Origin: Octopus vulgaris
Lineage: Eukaryota
Assembly: GCA_951406725.2 (NCBI GenBank)
Contig: OX597823.1
Coordinates: 117,614,001-117,678,000 of the forward strand
Direction of reading: 5' to 3'
Length of the DNA stretch: 64,000 nucleotides
Notes under the pieces: model-generated
Databases searched by the model: none
Seen by the model: only the letters and a program-made list of their open reading frames with translations
Told to the model about the DNA's origin: nothing
Translations under genes and position numbers: made by a program
Shown here: one piece after another, positions 63,051 through 64,000 of the stretch
Layout: each line of letters starts with the position of its first letter
How positions within the stretch are numbered: position 1 is the first letter of the stretch

Positions 63051-63849
63051 TAAAACTTAGGTAACATCACTGACTTGAACTATTGATATCCATTAATCCT
63101 CACACACACACACACAAACTTATTTTAGAAAACATGTCCCACTGCTTCACATTTCTATCTAATTTTACTTTCAAGAAAGGCAAATTAAAAGATTTCAATG
63201 AAAAAAAAAAAACTGAACAGACATGCCACCAATATTCAGAATTTGCCTTGAATGTCTCACAGCTTTGAAGATAATCAAACAATAGACTGAGCAACATGTG
63301 ATGTCAGCTTTTCAGCATGAATCTACAAGCAGGCAGCCAGTTGGTCAACACCAGACATCCATGGAGGATAATTCATTCCTGTCCAGTGGCTTTCGTGCAG
63401 ACATTGATACACAAATGTTCCTGAGAATACTGCAGACATCATCAACACTTACCCCGTCTTTTCTAATTAACTTAAGAAACGACACTAATAACTTTCCTTG
63501 TTTTTTCCTCTCTGTCTGAAGTACTCAGTCATATATTAATGCCACATACATACATACACGGACAAATACATAAAGGAAACCTCTCTCTCTCTCTACACCA
63601 CCACCACCCTCAGCTGGTTGGGTCACTTAATTGTAATTCTGTAATATTCAAGTGAAGAAATTTGTAATTTTCACTAAATATTAATGATCTTTATTTTTTT
63701 ATCACTGTCAGAACAATGACAATGGTGATGATACCAACAAGACCAATGATTACAACATCAACAACAACAGCTAAAACAAAAAGATACAACAATCAGAAAA
63801 TAAATTAGAGAAAAAAATAGGATCCTGAAAAACAAAAATGGGGGTAGCA

Positions 63850-63854
63850 AATAA

Positions 63855-63899
<45 letters not shown>

Positions 63900-64000
63900 C
63901 AATAATGACAATAATAATAATAATGATAATAATAATAATAATAATAATAATGACAATAATGACAATAATAATAATAATAATGACAATAATAATAATAATA
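63850..64000. repeat. (AAT)n/(AATGAC) microsatellite
   Basis: Direct tandem repeat. Confidence 0.95.

Noticed and set aside
52694-64000. Further upstream RIC1 exons
   Set aside because: No segment encoding the expected preceding block (W.L.....RFL.AI) was found by eye; probably beyond the window, though a small exon could have been missed

Overview
AT-rich, microsatellite-dense animal genomic DNA; the repeat landscape suggests an octopus/coleoid cephalopod (inference). The only host gene I can support is on the minus strand: the last seven coding exons of a RIC1 (RAB6A-GEF complex partner 1, KIAA1432/Rich) orthologue from 52693 to the stop at 8617. All introns are GT-AG, phases are mutually consistent, and a probable ~3.3 kb 3'UTR follows. 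The rest is intron and flank filled with decayed mobile DNA: a Helitron, a near full-length DD34D mariner plus its internally deleted derivative, a DD37D maT element, piggyBac- and Tigger-like MITEs, RTE and R4/Dong LINE remnants, and several tRNA-derived SINE families. The most notable unexplained signal is a set of at least seven hammerhead-ribozyme-like motifs (CUGANGA...GAAA, mostly with a palindromic stem III and NUH) from several unrelated small-element families. Some have ~70-110 nt stem-II inserts, some sit in (TA)n tracts or long inverted repeats like Penelope pseudo-LTRs, and one family fuses a tRNA/Pol III head to a hammerhead-like tail. All identifications were made by eye from the sequence and remembered family motifs; no database search was run.
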